Shown: in pieces, positions 1-15,149 of the stretch | Numbering within the stretch: the first letter of the stretch is position 1 | Layout: each line of letters starts with the position of its first letter | Source of the DNA: Octopus vulgaris | Taxonomy: Eukaryota | Reading direction: 5' to 3' | Length of the DNA stretch: 64,000 nucleotides | Assembly: GCA_951406725.2 (NCBI GenBank) | Contig: OX597816.1 | Coordinates: 558,001-622,000, forward strand | Position numbers and translations under genes: made by a program | The notes under the pieces: generated by a model | Databases searched by the model: none | Told to the model about the DNA's origin: nothing | The model's input: only the letters and a program-made list of their open reading frames with translations

Positions 1-3000
1 GCCAACACACTGGTATCACCTCCTTCTGGCTAGAAAAGGGAAGCCCTCCCCCTACACACACCTCGTCACCTCCTTTCTCACCTCACCTGCCATCTTAGCT
101 CATAACATCACAGATGCAAACACATACAGACCAACAATACATAGTTCACTCTGTAAAGTGATTGGAATTAGGAAGGGCGTCCAGCTGTAAAAACCATGCC
201 AAAACAGACAGTAAAGCTTAATGGAGTCTTTTGGCTATTAAACCAACCCTAGCCAGTGTGTAAGGCAGATATTAAATGGTGATGATGATAATGGTATACA
301 TATACAATTAGCTTCTTTCAGTTTTTGTCTACCAATTTCATTCATAAGACATTGGTCAGCCTAGGGCCATTGTAGAAGATGCTTGCTCAAGGTTCTGTGC
401 AGTTAGACTGAAACCAAGACCACATATATATTTGGTCATGCCCATTTGTCTCTGTGCTCACATGAATGGAAGGTTTTGATTGGATAAGATATTTTTACAG
501 CTGAATGCTCTTCCTGCTCCTAACCACTCAATTGTAAATTCGCACTCAAACTTGTTCTTGTTTGTCATGCAGATTGAAGCAACCACAGTTAAGTGCCCTT
601 TTATGGAATTTAACACAATATAGCTCTAATAAGAACTGAATTGACATCTATTTAGTTGCTAGTCTTCATGTTCCACAACACATGTATATGAATCATTGTA
701 TTCATATATGCAACATGTTAAATCTCTTCTTACAAGAACATATTGATCACCTGACAACTCTACTTTGATTGCAATTTTCATCCATCTTTAGAATAACAAT
801 GAGCTAACTTTTGTAGTATTGGCCGAAAGCCACATGTGTTTGAGGAGAGTGTTGGGGGGGGGGGTGCAGTCAATTGAAACGACCTTAAGAATTTTGAGAG
901 ATGAAAGACAATATTGATCTTAACAAGATTTTGAACACAAAACAAGGTGGCATAACTAAGTTCTAGAAGGTTTTTAATCTGTTGTTCTGCTATTTCTATT
1001 GACCACCCTCTGTGATGTCATTAATAATAATGTTCATGTTGTGCCATCATCAATTTGCAACATAATCCACTCTTACTGTTAAGAAGGGCATCCAGCTGTA
1101 AAAACCCTGCCAAAACAGACACAGACATCTAGTGTAGGCTCCTGCCTAACCAGTGCCTTTTAAACAGTCCAACCTATGGAAGGGCGCACATTACATGATG
1201 ATGGTATGTCGTATAACTACAGATTCTTTATTTGTTTAAGTTCTGATGCTAGAATGCACATATAATTTGCATTTAAGTAGCAAAATAGATTTAAAACTTA
1301 TGTTGCTACTAGCTGATATGATGCTGTTGAACTAGTGACTGACTAATGGTTGACAGTGTGTACCCTTTTACGAGACTGGGTGGTTTCTCTTGTAAAAATA
1401 CTTGACTCTTTATTGCCTAGTCTCAATGTAATTTACTACCATGAAGAGATACAGTGAATGGCAGTGGTAACTGCAGCAGCAAAGATGGTTCTGCATAATT
1501 ACTGAACAGCAATTATACAAATGATAATGATAAATCATTCTAATGTATTCTCTCTTGAATTCTGTAGGGAAACATCTTTAATAGTAGACCTTTGACCCAA
1601 TATATTCTGGGTCAATGTATTTCTGTTTTATGTGCGTTATTCAATGATTCTTTGACTCTAGTAATTCAATCTCATCAACCATTGGGAAGTCATTCTAGCA
1701 TACACAAAATGCCATGCAGTGGACTGAACGCAAAACAACGTAATAGAGAAGTGAACTTTTTAACCAAATAACCATGCCCACATATGCGTGTATGTATGTG
1801 ATTCTCTTTTTGCTAGAGATGGATTACAATTCCATTGTGTTGTCAGAAATATTTCTGTAAACAAAGACAAACAATCTAAAATAAAGTAAAACAGTATTAA
1901 TAAAAAAAAGTTAAAAAAAAATGTTTCTTCATTTTGCTTTGTTTTTTTTTCTTTTACAAAGCTCGTTTGTGAAATATTAACCCAAACTGCTTACAGTATA
2001 AATGTTGTAGCACTTTGTATGTCATGAGCGCCTATTCCATTGCAGGAATTTATGCGTCTCAGAACAAGACAGTTTTATAGGACTCAGATTACCCAGTCAG
2101 TGATGGATTTCAACTAAGCCCTGTTGGAAAAGTTATCCGCTGCAGACTAGAGTCCACTCTGAAGTAGATGAATCTCTCAGTCTTTTAATGCTACAGAAAC
2201 CATGTTTAGCCACTGGTTTTATAAACCCTTGTAGATCATGAAGAGATTAAAGTTCAAACATACTGCAAACTTTGTCGTACTAATATTATACCAACTATTA
2301 TTTCTACAGTATGGCACCAAGCACACAATTGTGCTATATTAAACACATCACATTCTCTGAATATATACACATAGTTGTGCAGGCTTGGCTGTGCAGTTAA
2401 GGAGTTCACTTTACAACCATATGAACTCGTTTCAGGTTCAATTCCATTGTGTGGCCTCTTGGGCAGGTGTCATCTGCCATAGGTCCAGGTTAACTAATGC
2501 TTTGTCAATGAATTTAGTAGATGGATACCGTATTCTTTCATAGACTCTTCTTATCTCATTCTTGCCCCTTCAGTTCACCTTCTCATATTTAGCAAGGAGT
2601 AAGAAACCAATCATTTTAGAGCATTTTGAGTTTAACTTTTTTCCTTTATTCTTATTGTCCCCAACCAGAAGAGAGCTCTGAACAGCTTGATATTAAATTT
2701 GGCTCACTTTGGTCACTTCAATTCAAACAGACATAAGTGCAACAACAAATTTTGCTTAGGGCTGCAACCCAGGTCCAAACCAGGATGTTCAAAGTGTTTT
2801 CATTGCTTCTAAAAAATTTTAGGGGGTGCACTTGCAACAGCTGCACCCCTTGTTCCAAAGCCTATACAAACAAGGTTCCACACAGGTGTCAGTAAAGTTA
2901 CCTTCTCTTAGCTGTCTTCTCCATCCTACTAGCACATGCTAAAAATAAACCTATATACACAGACCATTCTCACCACTCTCATCTGTTGTCCTTTCAATCT

Positions 3001-3074
3001 TGCCTGCTATATAATCTCCTACACCACAGCTACCAGATAGAATAGAATTACCTACTTTTCTAATGAAAGTAAGT

Positions 3075-3400
3075 TGTGCAGTCCCTGTGATGGACTCGGC
3101 TATTTGTTGGATCACTCCTACATACAACTATTGCTGTCCAACATTACTTACACAAATGAGCAATACTTGGACATTGAAGAAGCATATATGGAATGGTTTC
3201 ATCATTCTGCACTTTTGAAATTTTATCCTGAACTGGCAATTCCCTTTGGTGGTGTTGGCATGCCAGCAATTTCTAGAAGTTATCTACGGTTTCAGTGTTC
3301 AAAGTCCTTCACAGAAATCTGTTCAGTTGATTTTTGTTGATGACTAGAACCTCGTCAAGAATGTCATTGCTCTTACCCACCATTAATCCCTTGTTGAATT
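3075..3400 (-). mobile_element. Degenerate L1/Tx1-like LINE C-terminal (RT zinc-binding) fragment
   Basis: Minus-strand translation VDNF*KLLACQHHQRELPVQDK...DETIPYMLLQCPSIAHL resembles the LPxRDKL...ET..H....CP zf-RVT pattern; interrupted by stops. Confidence 0.5.
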
Positions 3401-4704
3401 CAAGGATGAAAGTTCCACATGCTGCATTATCTAACCGGAAAACATTCCAGATGCAAAGAGACGAGTCTGTTTTGGTCTTTGTTTGACCTAGGAATACAGC
3501 TCCATTAAAGAAAGGAGAATGAATATAGCCTGCAAAGGCTATATAACCAAACATTATTTTTAAAATTAGCATACATATGTAAATAAAAAAAGCATTCTGT
3601 TTTAGATATCAAATAATCAGTATGAGGTCTTATCCAGTTTCTGTTAAAGCAAATGTGGCCTTTCCTTACAAAAAATGAATTACCCCTTAATAAATTAGTT
3701 CATTTTTTTAGTAGTCACTGCATGCTAGACACACATCTGGTACTAATAACCATTGTGTCAACAATTTATTTGTCACACATCTGACACTGTTACCCTGTGT
3801 GTCTGAGTGATGCTTCGTTTAGAGATAATGCTCTCAGTGTGAGCTTTAGAAACTTTCAGAAGTTTCTTTCAGGCCATTATTCAGAATCAGCTGAACATTT
3901 CTCCTTTTTCATAGTTGTCATCATCATTATTATTATTTTCACCACCATCCCATGTACTACCACCAATGCTATCATTATTATTATTATTATCAGTTGTTCA
4001 ACTTCTGATGACAGCATGTTTTATAACTAAGCAAACTCTCTCTCTCCATTTGTTCCTTCTGTTTTATCCTAACCATATTTTTATATCAGTCGTAACTTCC
4101 TTATATCAAAGTCTTTTTGTAGCCAACACTGTTTCCCATCAACTCCTACTTCACAACATATTACAAGATTTCTATTACTAATCTTCACCTTCTGCCTATA
4201 ACGTAACGCCATCATCATTTGATGTCTTCCATGTTGGTATTGTTTGAACAGTTTGACAGACTCCAAGTTGCAGGATTACGATTTGCTCCATTTTCTGCTT
4301 TGGCACGGTTTCTATAGCTGTATGCCCTTATGCCAGCCATTTTACAGAATGTACTTGGTACTTTTCTCATGACACCAGCACTAGTGAGGTTGCCTTGCAA
4401 CTTTGAAGATTAAGAACTTAAAGTGAACTCTATAATAAAGGGAGAATAGAAGAAAGAAGCTACTAAGATTCTTGGTGAAGTAATGAGAGAAAGTGAAATA
4501 TGATGAGAGGAATTGGTTTATAGCTGTCAGAGGGTGGTGGTGGAGAAAGAGAGAGAGTGAGAAAGAAAGTAGAGTGTTGGGGGATGAATATGGAAGGAGC
4601 AGGGGGGGAAAAAGAAATTAGTGTCAGGAGTTAGTGAGAAAGGGAGGAGACAATTGTAAAGGGGTTGTGTAGGGACTTCTAGGGCTACCCCACATTATGA
4701 GGAC

Positions 4705-5036
4705 AAGTAACTAACTGGCATTCTGTTGGCTATGACAATGAAGGGTTCCATTTGATTTAATAAATGGAACAGCCTGCTCATGAAATTAATGTGCAAGTGG
4801 CTGAGCACTCCACAGACATGCATACCCTTAATTTAGATCTCAGGTAGAGTTAACGTGACACAGAATGTAACAAAGTTGGCCCTTTGAATTACAAGAACAG
4901 TTCATTTTTGCCAGATGAGTGAACTGGAGCAACATGAAATAAGTCTCTTGTTCAAAGGCACAATGTGCCTCCAGGAATCAACATTCTGACCTCTTGGTTT
5001 TGAGCCAATTACCCTAACCGCCAAGCCACGTGCCTT
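4705..5036 (-). mobile_element. tRNA-derived SINE (family C)
   Basis: Minus strand starts AGGCACGTGGCTTGGCGGTTAGG (A-box-like), then a degenerate B-box (GTTGATTCC) and a non-tRNA body. Confidence 0.6.
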
Positions 5037-6867
5037 TATAAGTATGACAGAAGGTGTAGGAGAAATGGAACATGAAAGAGAAATAGATAAGAGTGGTGAG
5101 GCATATCTTAAAAGGAAAGACAGGGGATGGTCAGAGAGGGTATTGAAAAAGTGGAGAACATAACATATATAACTAGTGAGGCCCATGGAAATTTCACAGG
5201 ACAAAAGAAAATTTAGAGGAGCTGTTTAAGAAAGAAAGGCTGATTTGCATTTTTATTGCATACAAATCTTATTGTGACTTGTGGAATAAATGATAGAAAA
5301 AATATGCAATAATCTATACAATACTTAATACTTGTATCATTCATTAGTATTTAATTCTATTGAAATTGCAAGAACAGTATAAAATTGTATATTCCTTATT
5401 ATGCAATATTTTATCATGATTTCATTATATACAATTAACGTAGGCAAAACTATATAGAGAATATGCACAATGTTTTTATTTATAAGATTAGTTTCAATTG
5501 CATTGCAAAAAAGAAAAAAAAACATCCACAGCTATTTTGCTGCTAAGTTATTCCTCTTCCAGTCACAATAATATATCAGATGATTTTAAAATTTCCCTCT
5601 GCTAAACACTTTATATGTCTCTCTCTCTCTTCCTCTTACTTCAACAAACATTTTAACCATATAATTCCCTTTCCCCATTGTTAACATTTCTCTCTTTCTC
5701 TCTCACTTCCACTAACCACATGATTAATGGAAGTGGCTATCTATTCTCTCATTTACTTTCACCCCTCTCTCGCTCTCTCTTTCCCTTCTTCTCTGTCACT
5801 CTCTCTCTCTCTCTCTCCCCTTCTCTGTCACTCTCACTCCACCTCTCTGTAACAAACTAAAGTGTAACATGTGAACAAATGAACAAACAGAATTATAAGA
5901 GGGATTTATTAGGTTCTTGCTACCTTTTTACTTTTCTCAAACACTATCATTTCATTGTGATTTTCAAGAATATGATTTATGATTTCTATTTGAATTTTGC
6001 ATCCTGGTTAACTTATTTTGGCAATATCTTCTTAATGTCATCATATTAAATATTCCTAATATCATCATTATCACCATATATATTCATATTATCATCACAA
6101 ATATTAACAAATACCATTGTAAATATTAATATTAATATCATCATAAATGTTAATACTAATATTTATAGCAGCGGAGATAATTTTCTAGAATTGATTTGTT
6201 AGAAATATCTGAGAAACTCCTGTGACATTCTTTATGCACTAACTGCATCACCACAGGGCATTGGTTGTAATGCTCCTGTTAAAAAACCATTTCCATTCAT
6301 GAATCAGTCTGGTAACTTATATAACCCAACCACATCCAAACTGTATCTTCTTCAACAAATGTCGAACAACATCTGTTTAAGGTCTTCATCTCAGAACAAC
6401 ATGCCTTTGCTAATAAAAACAAACAAACAGGATTTGGTTGTATTTAAGGATGTGGATGGCTTGCTATGTTTGATTAGTACTTCCTTGTTATGGGCCTATG
6501 CAATTAAAGCTGATTGGTGGCAGGGGGATGGAGGTCGGGGGGACTGTTCGACTGAAATAATCTTCTTATCTAGTCTCTGTTAATTTGCTACATTCATTTC
6601 TCTTTATTTCACCAAAATATAATATCATATCCTTGACACAATCATTAGAAATATTTTGTGTTGTGACATCGTAACATGGTGATAGTCACAGGCACGACGG
6701 TTTGGTTAATGTGTCTACTTCCCAACCACGTAGTTTCAGATTCAGTTCTGCTGTGTGGACCTTGGGCAAGTGTCTTTTAGTAAATCCAGGGCCAACCAAA
6801 GCCTTGTAAGTAGATGTCATTGAGAGAAAATGAAAAAACCCTCTCTGAGTTTGTGTGTGTGTGTGTC

Positions 6868-8139
6868 CAGGGTGCCCTGAAATAAAGGCAACTGAAGCTT
6901 CAGGCTTTAATAACTTCCAATAAATGTGATAATTTTTGAAAATTATCCATCATTATAAAAGCTTAGTGTGTCTTCTTTTTATTTCAGACTAAATAAATTC
7001 AGATTAATAAATTAGATAATGGCTATAGACTGAAGGACAATTATAACCCTCCACAAAGGAGGCAAAAGTAATACAGCTACAGCAAAAAAGCTTAAAATTA
7101 ACAGAACAACAGCCTGGAAAATTATCAAGAAATTTCAAGAGACTGGTTCCTCTGGTGATCAACCTGGATGTGGCCAAAAAAGAAGTGTGCAGACTCCTCA
7201 GCTTATCAAAAGTACCAGAGAAAAGATACAGTGAAATCCTTATCATTCCATCACAAAAATGGCTGCCATAGCAAAATAGACAGACATTGACGTATCGAGT
7301 GCTGAAGGAGGCTCTCAGGACCCACTCCCACAAGATGGTCTGCCATCATGAGCTCATGCAAGTTTATAAGGCCATGAAACTGGAGAGAAGTCATTTTACC
7401 CTGCTTCAGATTTCTAAAAGCATGCTGCCTAATGTGGTATTTATTGATATAAAGAAATTTGACCTCGAACAGACAGTAAACCACCTGAATGACCAACTAT
7501 GGTGTATCTGGCTCCTTCGAGGGTAAACTCATAAACTGATGTTAAAAATCCACTGTTAGTTATGGTTTGGACAGCTGTGAAAGCCACTGAAAGTCTCCCC
7601 TTCTTTTTGTGCCCTCAGGTGTTAAAATTAACAACCAGTGATACATCAGCAACATTCTGGAAGCTGAACTGCTTCCATGGACAAATGAATACTTTCAAAG
7701 TGCACGCTGGAGCCTCCAGCAAGACTCAGCACCATCCCACAGCTCCAAACAAACACAACATCGGGTTCAGAAAAACACTCCATCTTTCATAGAAAAAGAT
7801 GTATGACCCTCAAGAAGCCATTATCCCAACCTGTTGAATTTTTCTTTCTGATCTATTTTGGAGACAAGGGTGTTGAGCACTCCAAATGCTTCACTTGATG
7901 CTCTGAAGGCAAAACTGCACCAGGAATGAGCTTCAATTCCACAAAAACAGCCGCATGGCACATGTGAAGCATTCGCACCTAGACTTAAGGTTGTGATTCA
8001 AAACAGAGGTGGTCATATCGAATAAATGTGGTGGTGTCCTAATTGTGTGTTTCCTTGCAATGCTTGGGCCTGAAATGTAACAATATTTTGATTTGGCAAA
8101 ATTGAAAAAAGTTGGTTGCCTTAATTTTGGGACACCCTA
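6868..8139 (+). mobile_element. Tc1/mariner-superfamily DNA transposon (maT/DD37D-like), full length, pseudogenised
   Basis: Imperfect TIRs CAGGGTGCCCTGAAATAAAGGCAAC / GTTGCCTTAATTTTGGGACACCCTA. Broken transposase motifs KKFQETGSSGDQPGCGQKRSVQTP, F.D.KKFDLEQ.VNHLND, MVWTAV and QQDSAPSHSS. Confidence 0.8.
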
Positions 8140-9479
8140 TATACTAAACCTATATAGTGCATTGTCCCTACATATTCAAGCCCATTGTCCCTACATATGC
8201 TTGTGTTATAAACCTTTAGTCCAATCTTTCTTCCAAGAATCAAAGTCCTGTGGAATTTTCTTCTTGCTTATATTTTCCTTCTTTTCCCTAACTTAAAAAA
8301 CCACCTGGATCAAACATCAGTTACATAACTCCCACTTAGTTATTCTCTTATAGTCTAGTTAAGGTGGGCCAAAATGGAAAGGGTGTAGGGTATAATTCTC
8401 TCTTCAGACTGATTCATTCTATCATTTCCTTCACTTTTACATTCATTCTTTTCATGCTAACATGGATAAGACAAATATATTATTGAGGCAGTGTTTTACT
8501 GCCAGATGCCCTTCCTGTCACTAACCTTTACCTGACTTTTAAGTAAGGGATCTTGTTATTCTCTAGACCCACACAGGTTGCATTGGACCACAACAGTATT
8601 CCATCTTTTTTAGTATCAAATCCTCTGTAAGTTGATGCCTATCACTTTGAAATTTATTTTACCTTCACAGTAAAACAATGAATTACACACGTTAAAGTAA
8701 GCAAGTTCAGTGAGATAATCATGAAACCCATAGATTGTTTCAAACAGATAGGGCTTCATCAGTTACATATAGCCTATATATGGAAGTGATTCAGTTAGAA
8801 ACACAGCATTTTGAATTGTCATTTACTTATTTTCCTCTTAGTTTTTAAACTCAAAGTCACCAGAGAATTGCTGTTGTTCAAACAGAAAAATATTTGGAAT
8901 TGAAATTCTGTGACATTGAAAACTGCTTAACAATACAAATTCAAATGCATTAGTCATTCTTAAATTTGCATGGTATGATGTTTGTTTATGAGTTTGTGTT
9001 GATAATTGTGGTGGTGGCAACTACATTGGTGATGCTGGTAGTAGTAGTGGCAACAGCATACTCACTCCAGCACTGCTTTAGCAGACTTGTTTAGCCATTC
9101 AAAGAATGGAATTATGTCAGCATTTTAATCTGCTTTTATGATAGACTTGCTGTGTTTCCTGCGTCCTCATTATGAAAATAGTAACAAGATTTTAAAGAGA
9201 GATTTCCTTATTACTTTGCATGTAGAAGCAAAATTATCAAGTGCTTTTTTTTTTCTTTTTTCATGTATCTTAATTTATTGAGTTGAAATCTTCTACAGAT
9301 ATTAGATAATGCTCATAATTCTACATATCTCAGGAACAAGGCCTCCAAGAGAAATTTAGCAAGACAAACAAGTATGCTTTCAGGACTCCAAGAGGGAAAG
9401 GAGTGAGGAGCTCTCAAGATTCAAGGTGCAGTGGGGTTTTTATTGAGAAGGACCTGGCAGATACTCACAGGGACCCTCT

Positions 9480-10150
9480 TTTGTTCTCTGACCCCAGGCT
9501 AATTTACCAGCTGGATCCCATTCTTGTTAAAGGCTCTGGTCAGGAACAGGCATATGATCACTTAAGAAGGTTCACTGAGATAGACTGGGATTGTGAGGCT
9601 TAAGAGACATTTACATTGCTGTGTCAAGCAACTGTAAAGAAGCTCCCTCTTTACAGTATTGGTTGTTGAGTAACCTCAATCAAGCAGGCTTAAAACAGGA
9701 GTAGATGGTTAAATGCCTGGGTACAGCCCACAGTACCATTGCACTTTTGATATTTTATTCTGAATAAGAACTACACTTCAATGTACAGTTGTTTGTCGTG
9801 TCAGCTACAGTATAGGGTTCCAGGCATATTACATTTTCTCTGCTATCTAGTCTTTTCTTGGATACTTGTAGGCCTTAGTGGTGGTCACAGTGGAAGCAGT
9901 CAAAGTATGACGGGTTTTTTTCCTTCAGTGTTGTTTCAGATGGTTTACCCTCCCAGCATAGTATCTGATGGGGGAAATGAGGTTTATCATTGTGAAAACT
10001 TATGAGAACGACCTCAAAGACCATCCTGGGTAGCAGACTGGAAGAGGGTGTGACCTTCAAGAATGGTCTACATCCAGTGTTGTGATAAAAATACCCAATC
10101 TTCAAAAGTTGTAATGATATTTTTCCATTTCCAGTCAACTTAATATTGAT
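9480..10150 (-). mobile_element. Possible highly degenerate R4/Dong-like non-LTR retrotransposon RT fragment
   Basis: Scattered minus-strand motifs ILEGHTLFQS (cf. IFQGDSLSP), KAYKY and SAMVLWAVP (cf. AINTWAVP) occur in the expected order; many stops. Confidence 0.3.
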
Positions 10151-11865
10151 GCATATCACTGACCATCATCATCACCTTTGTTGGCAGTGATGGTAGCTTG
10201 TTTTACATCTTTCCCATGCTAGTAGGGGTTTAGATGCCCTTCCTGACATCAAATATTTTAGTCACCTCTTATAACACACAAGAATATGCTATAAATCTGA
10301 GATATGCAAAAGATATATGCATATATGTATGAACCTATAAATACGCTTGTGTGTATATATGTATAGTGGTTGGCATTAAGAAGGGCATCTAGCCATAGCA
10401 ACAATGCCAAAACAGATATGGAGCTTGAACAGCCCTTCAGCTGGTCAGCTCCTATCAAATCATCCAACCCATGCCAGCATGGAAAACGGATGTTAAATGA
10501 TGATGATGACATGTATATAATGAATGAATGGATCAGATTGAAGTGATGAACAATATCCCAAAAGCTATAGAAACAAGAAACTGCTGCCAATATGGTAACC
10601 ATCAGGGAATATAGGTTAAGCTTCAGGCAACTGACACAGTAAGGTCTGGAGAATTAGAATGTGTGCCTTGCTGTCAATTCCAGGTTGCATCATTATTGTG
10701 GCCTGTGAGAATGACTTTGAAGTGATCTACATCCACCTTTCGGATTGAGTGTTATTATTCATAATCTGCACAAGTCATCATAATCCTCTTCCACCTTCTC
10801 ATCATCCATCATCATCCAATATTATCATTGTAAAATAGTTGTCATGGTTATCTTCATCATCGTGATTACTGTCATCTCCATTGTCACGGACATTGTCATT
10901 TTCATCATTGTCACAATTGTTGTCCATGGCAATGATAGTTTCTTTATATCTGTCTTTCCATGCTTACACAATTAAGCAATGAAATGAGACAAATTCCATG
11001 CAAAAGACATGAATTTCACAATTCCTTTTTCTCTTATCATATTCAAACATACAAACATTATGGAATTTTGAATAATTACAGCTTTCCAACTCCTTTTGTT
11101 GTTATTATTCACTTGTTTAGAATGTGTTAAATTAGGAAATTTATTTTAATCAGTACTATTTTTTTACTAGCTTTTAACTAAACAGGAACTTCATTTCTTT
11201 CCTAATTTGTTTTTGTTTTTTTTTCTTTGAACCCATTCCTTAACCATTTCAAAGTATCATGTTGTGAAAATATTCTCCTTCTTTTCATTGTTTTTTTTTT
11301 TCACACTTTCTTTGATTTTGTTTTGAAAATATCTCTAATCATTTGATGGGGCCAACTGTCAAAGAATTGCCATCTGTGTAAATGACTGCAAAAGAGGGTT
11401 GTTGATTAAAGCAACAGATCCTTGCTAGTCAAGTCGCACACAATAGCTTGCCCCATCTCAGCTCTGTGTACTTTCTGAAACCATTTTCATATTCTACTAT
11501 ATTTACTTTTTAACGGGATTGCTTCCTCCCTGCTGTATTTATCTGCTTGACTTGTATGTGTTTTTATTTGCAAATGTGAATCCCCGCACCTTTTTTCTTA
11601 GCAACTATGGTACATGCCATTTCAGTTAACCTACATCTCTCACTCTCTCTCTCTCTCTTTCCCCTTTGCTCCATAAAAAATATTAATATTATTTTAATTT
11701 TTTACTAAAATACTTTATAGCCATCTGTGCTCCTTTTTGTTTTTTACTTTATCCCCCTTATGTCCCTAGAGATTAGCAACAATATTTTAACTGTCATCAA
11801 ACGTTTTTAAGTATAATGCAGTATTAATCTCATTTTCCTACATTTTTTTTTATAGCTGATGTTTA

Positions 11866-11870
11866 TAATA

Positions 11871-11907
<37 letters not shown>

Positions 11908-12259
11908 AATTATTGTATACAGTGCTCAGGTGCACCACAACTTGTCAGAAAGTGCATATAAAGTATATGCAGTAATGTACAAATGTCTGGAAAGCGAACA
12001 ATGTATGAGTCAGATACATGCTTGTGTGTGTATGGAGGGGAGGAAATCAGGTGTAGTGTTGGCGAATCTCAGAAAGCATGGAAGTTTTGAAGGATGCAGT
12101 GCTCCGACAACTAACAACTGATGCCGGCAGTTTGTTCCTTGCTTCAGCAACTCTAAGCGTGAAAAAATGTTTCCTAAAGTCATGGGAGCTGTGCTGTTTT
12201 CTGACTTTGTAAATATGTCCACAGGTGTTAGACGGGTGGAGTTTGAAAAGGTGCTCAGA
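11866..12259 (-). mobile_element. CR1-like LINE 3' end with (ATT)n tail
   Basis: Nearly identical to 53807-54172. Encodes the RT C-terminus (..RVAEARNKLPASVVSCRSTASFK) and has a long (AAT)n tract at 11866-11905. Confidence 0.8.
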
Positions 12260-15149
12260 TAGATTTAGATATCAAGTATATCGTCTTGTGGCAGCAATTC
12301 TTACTAGATTCATTTTTAAAAGGCAATCTCAGATTAAGAGTTTAAACATTGACTCATAGACTCAAAAGAGTCGGTCTGTACCACGTTAACATCTCGTGTA
12401 GATAAACATCCAAAGAAGAAGAGGCTGAAGTAGAATTCCACATCCATTTTCTACTTACTGGTCGAAAATTGATTCAGCACTGCCAGAAGACAGCTTCTAA
12501 AGATAATTTATTTCTACATTATGACATCCAATATAGATGTTGTTTGGCAGGTTGGTGGATTGGCTGGTTTCTCCAATCATGCTTTTAATTGTGCACTACC
12601 CAATCCTTCTTCACCTGCTGAACATTGGTCCTCTGGAACCTCTTCCCTGCAAGTGTTTATCTGCCACAGTTTAAACAAAACATATACAGCATCTGTCTCA
12701 CTAATCATAGACAGCTTGCAAGAATCATGGGCTCTGCCCCTTCCTCCAGACTCAACAAATATAAAAAAAAAATAACAAACAGATACTGTTTCTGTCTAAT
12801 TTTACTCAAAAGGTTTGGATCTATGTGAGACAGTTGCTCAAGATATCACCAGGTGGGATTGAACCAAGGATCTTTTGATTTGAAAGAGAACTACTTAACC
12901 ATTCGGTAGCAAATAAAAAAAGGTCATTTCAGACACAAACTTGTAGGGAAAGAAATCTTAATCTTTCATTGATATTTACTTTATTGGTCCCAGAGAAATT
13001 AGAGTCAAAATTGACTTTGGTAAGTTTTGAACTCAGAAGCTAGAAGAACAACAAAAATAGAACATGGTTAAACACTCTACTGTTTCAGCTTTCATACCCC
13101 ATTCATGAGAGATAGAACATATTCACTTACTCGATGGTATATTAGTTACATTAGTCATCATTTTGGGTGTGACGACTCCATTTACTTCTTTGATAGAATT
13201 CGGTGAAAGTTAAATCTTTCGGGATTAACTCTAGCTGCAACTTAAAGCAACTCCTGGCTATATTTAGTCCTAATCAAGATACACTCCTTAATCTGTGGGA
13301 ATGTAAGTTGAGTAGACTGTCTTCTTTATTTCTGCAGCATTTTATTAAGTTTTCTCCAAGTGTATTACTTAAAGATTGATTCAACTCCTCCAAACAAGTC
13401 TCCATCAATCTTTTTTTCTTTTTCTCCTTACCCCCCTCCTCCTCCTTGCAATTTTGTTTTTAGATATGGCTGTGTGGTTAAGAAGTTTGCTTTTCTAACC
13501 ATGTGGTATTAGTTTCATTCTTACTATGTGATACTTTGGTCAAATGTCTTCTACTATGGCTCTAGGCCAACCTAAGTCTTATAAGTGGATTTGGTAGACA
13601 GAAACCAAAAGAAGCCTTTCATGTATGTGTTTCACCCCTTGTGGAATAACGAAGGTAGATATTTCTTCAGGGCGAAAATTGACATCTGTTTTTCATCCTC
13701 ATAGATTGAGCATTCATCAACAGACTAAACGAGGCTTATATAATTGACAAAATGTAAATAAATTCGTTATGCTGTGTTAAAACTCTCAATTTTCTTTATG
13801 ATATATTACTATAACTATACCCACATATATCAATGAGAAACATCCGTATGAAATACTGGAACTCCAAAATGTGCATAATACTGGTGCCTAATAAATAATA
13901 AACACTAATTCTAACATGGAAAAGCAGGATTCCAGAAAGTTTATTGATATATACAATAAAACCAGAGGACACTTGGATGTTGACATGCCTTTAAAGAGGA
14001 ATCTATCTCCTCACAAAACCTCACTTACAACAATTATATTATATATGCATGTGTATATATACATATATAAGCTCTCTTTCATATCCTATGTGATACCAGG
14101 AGGTAGAACTCTGCTTGTGTACATACTTTTATAATTTAATGTGTTTACTTTAGTACAGGTTTGAAGGAGACAATAATTGAGACAGGGAAAAATAACATGT
14201 TCCAATTATAACAAACTGAGTTTTGTTAGTTAACACACGTTGTTGGGAAAAGTGTTGTTTGTATAAAAGTGTTTGGAAAATCAATAGCCTACTTCATTCA
14301 TTTGAAAAAGAATTCTTCAGGTCATATGTGTGAGGGGGGGGGACAGCACATGTGACTGAGCCTAAAGAAAAGAAATCAATATATGTGATTGGTAACCTGG
14401 TGGAATCAAGATATGGCAAACTGATGTCTTGTTTAGCTCAAATGTATGTGGCATTAAGACAAGTTGAAACAAATGTAGAAAACAATTGATTCCATGATTC
14501 ATTATTCTGGCTGAAATCTATTGAAGAGGCAGAGAAAACGGCTTTTAACTTTTATTTATGTTGCCAATGGCTGGCTGGGTGATGTTGCTCTCTCATTGGT
14601 CCAATAAAGTAATGAAAACCAATGAATGACTACAATTTGCATGATGCGTTAGGGTCCTTTACTTGTATTTTTTGTTTCTTACTCTCATGTGAATGTATAT
14701 ACATATGGGAATGTGTGTGGTGCATGTGCACACACATCAAAAACGGGTAAAGAATGGAGGAATCAGTATCCCATTCATTCCTTGCTCACAGCTGTTTCAA
14801 CAATATATGCATTAAATAAACCATGTAACAAGTTGGAACTTGTAAAATGATTATTTAAACCATATGTTGTTGAAATGTCAGTAAACAAGAACCAAATTTT
14901 ATACCAATTCTCCAATTTTTTGGTTGTTTTATACTTCACAACTTTAAGAAATTTCCTAGATTTTCAGTTTATGTGAAATACATCCTCCTACTGTAGCATT
15001 GTCCTTTCTATGCATTTTATTAGCCAGTTTTCACAGGATTGAGGACAATACATACATACAATCTATATGTGTATAGTTGGAATTTACAAAAAAACAAACA
15101 AAAGACAAAGATGGGTGTGTGTGTGTGTATATATACATATAAATAATAA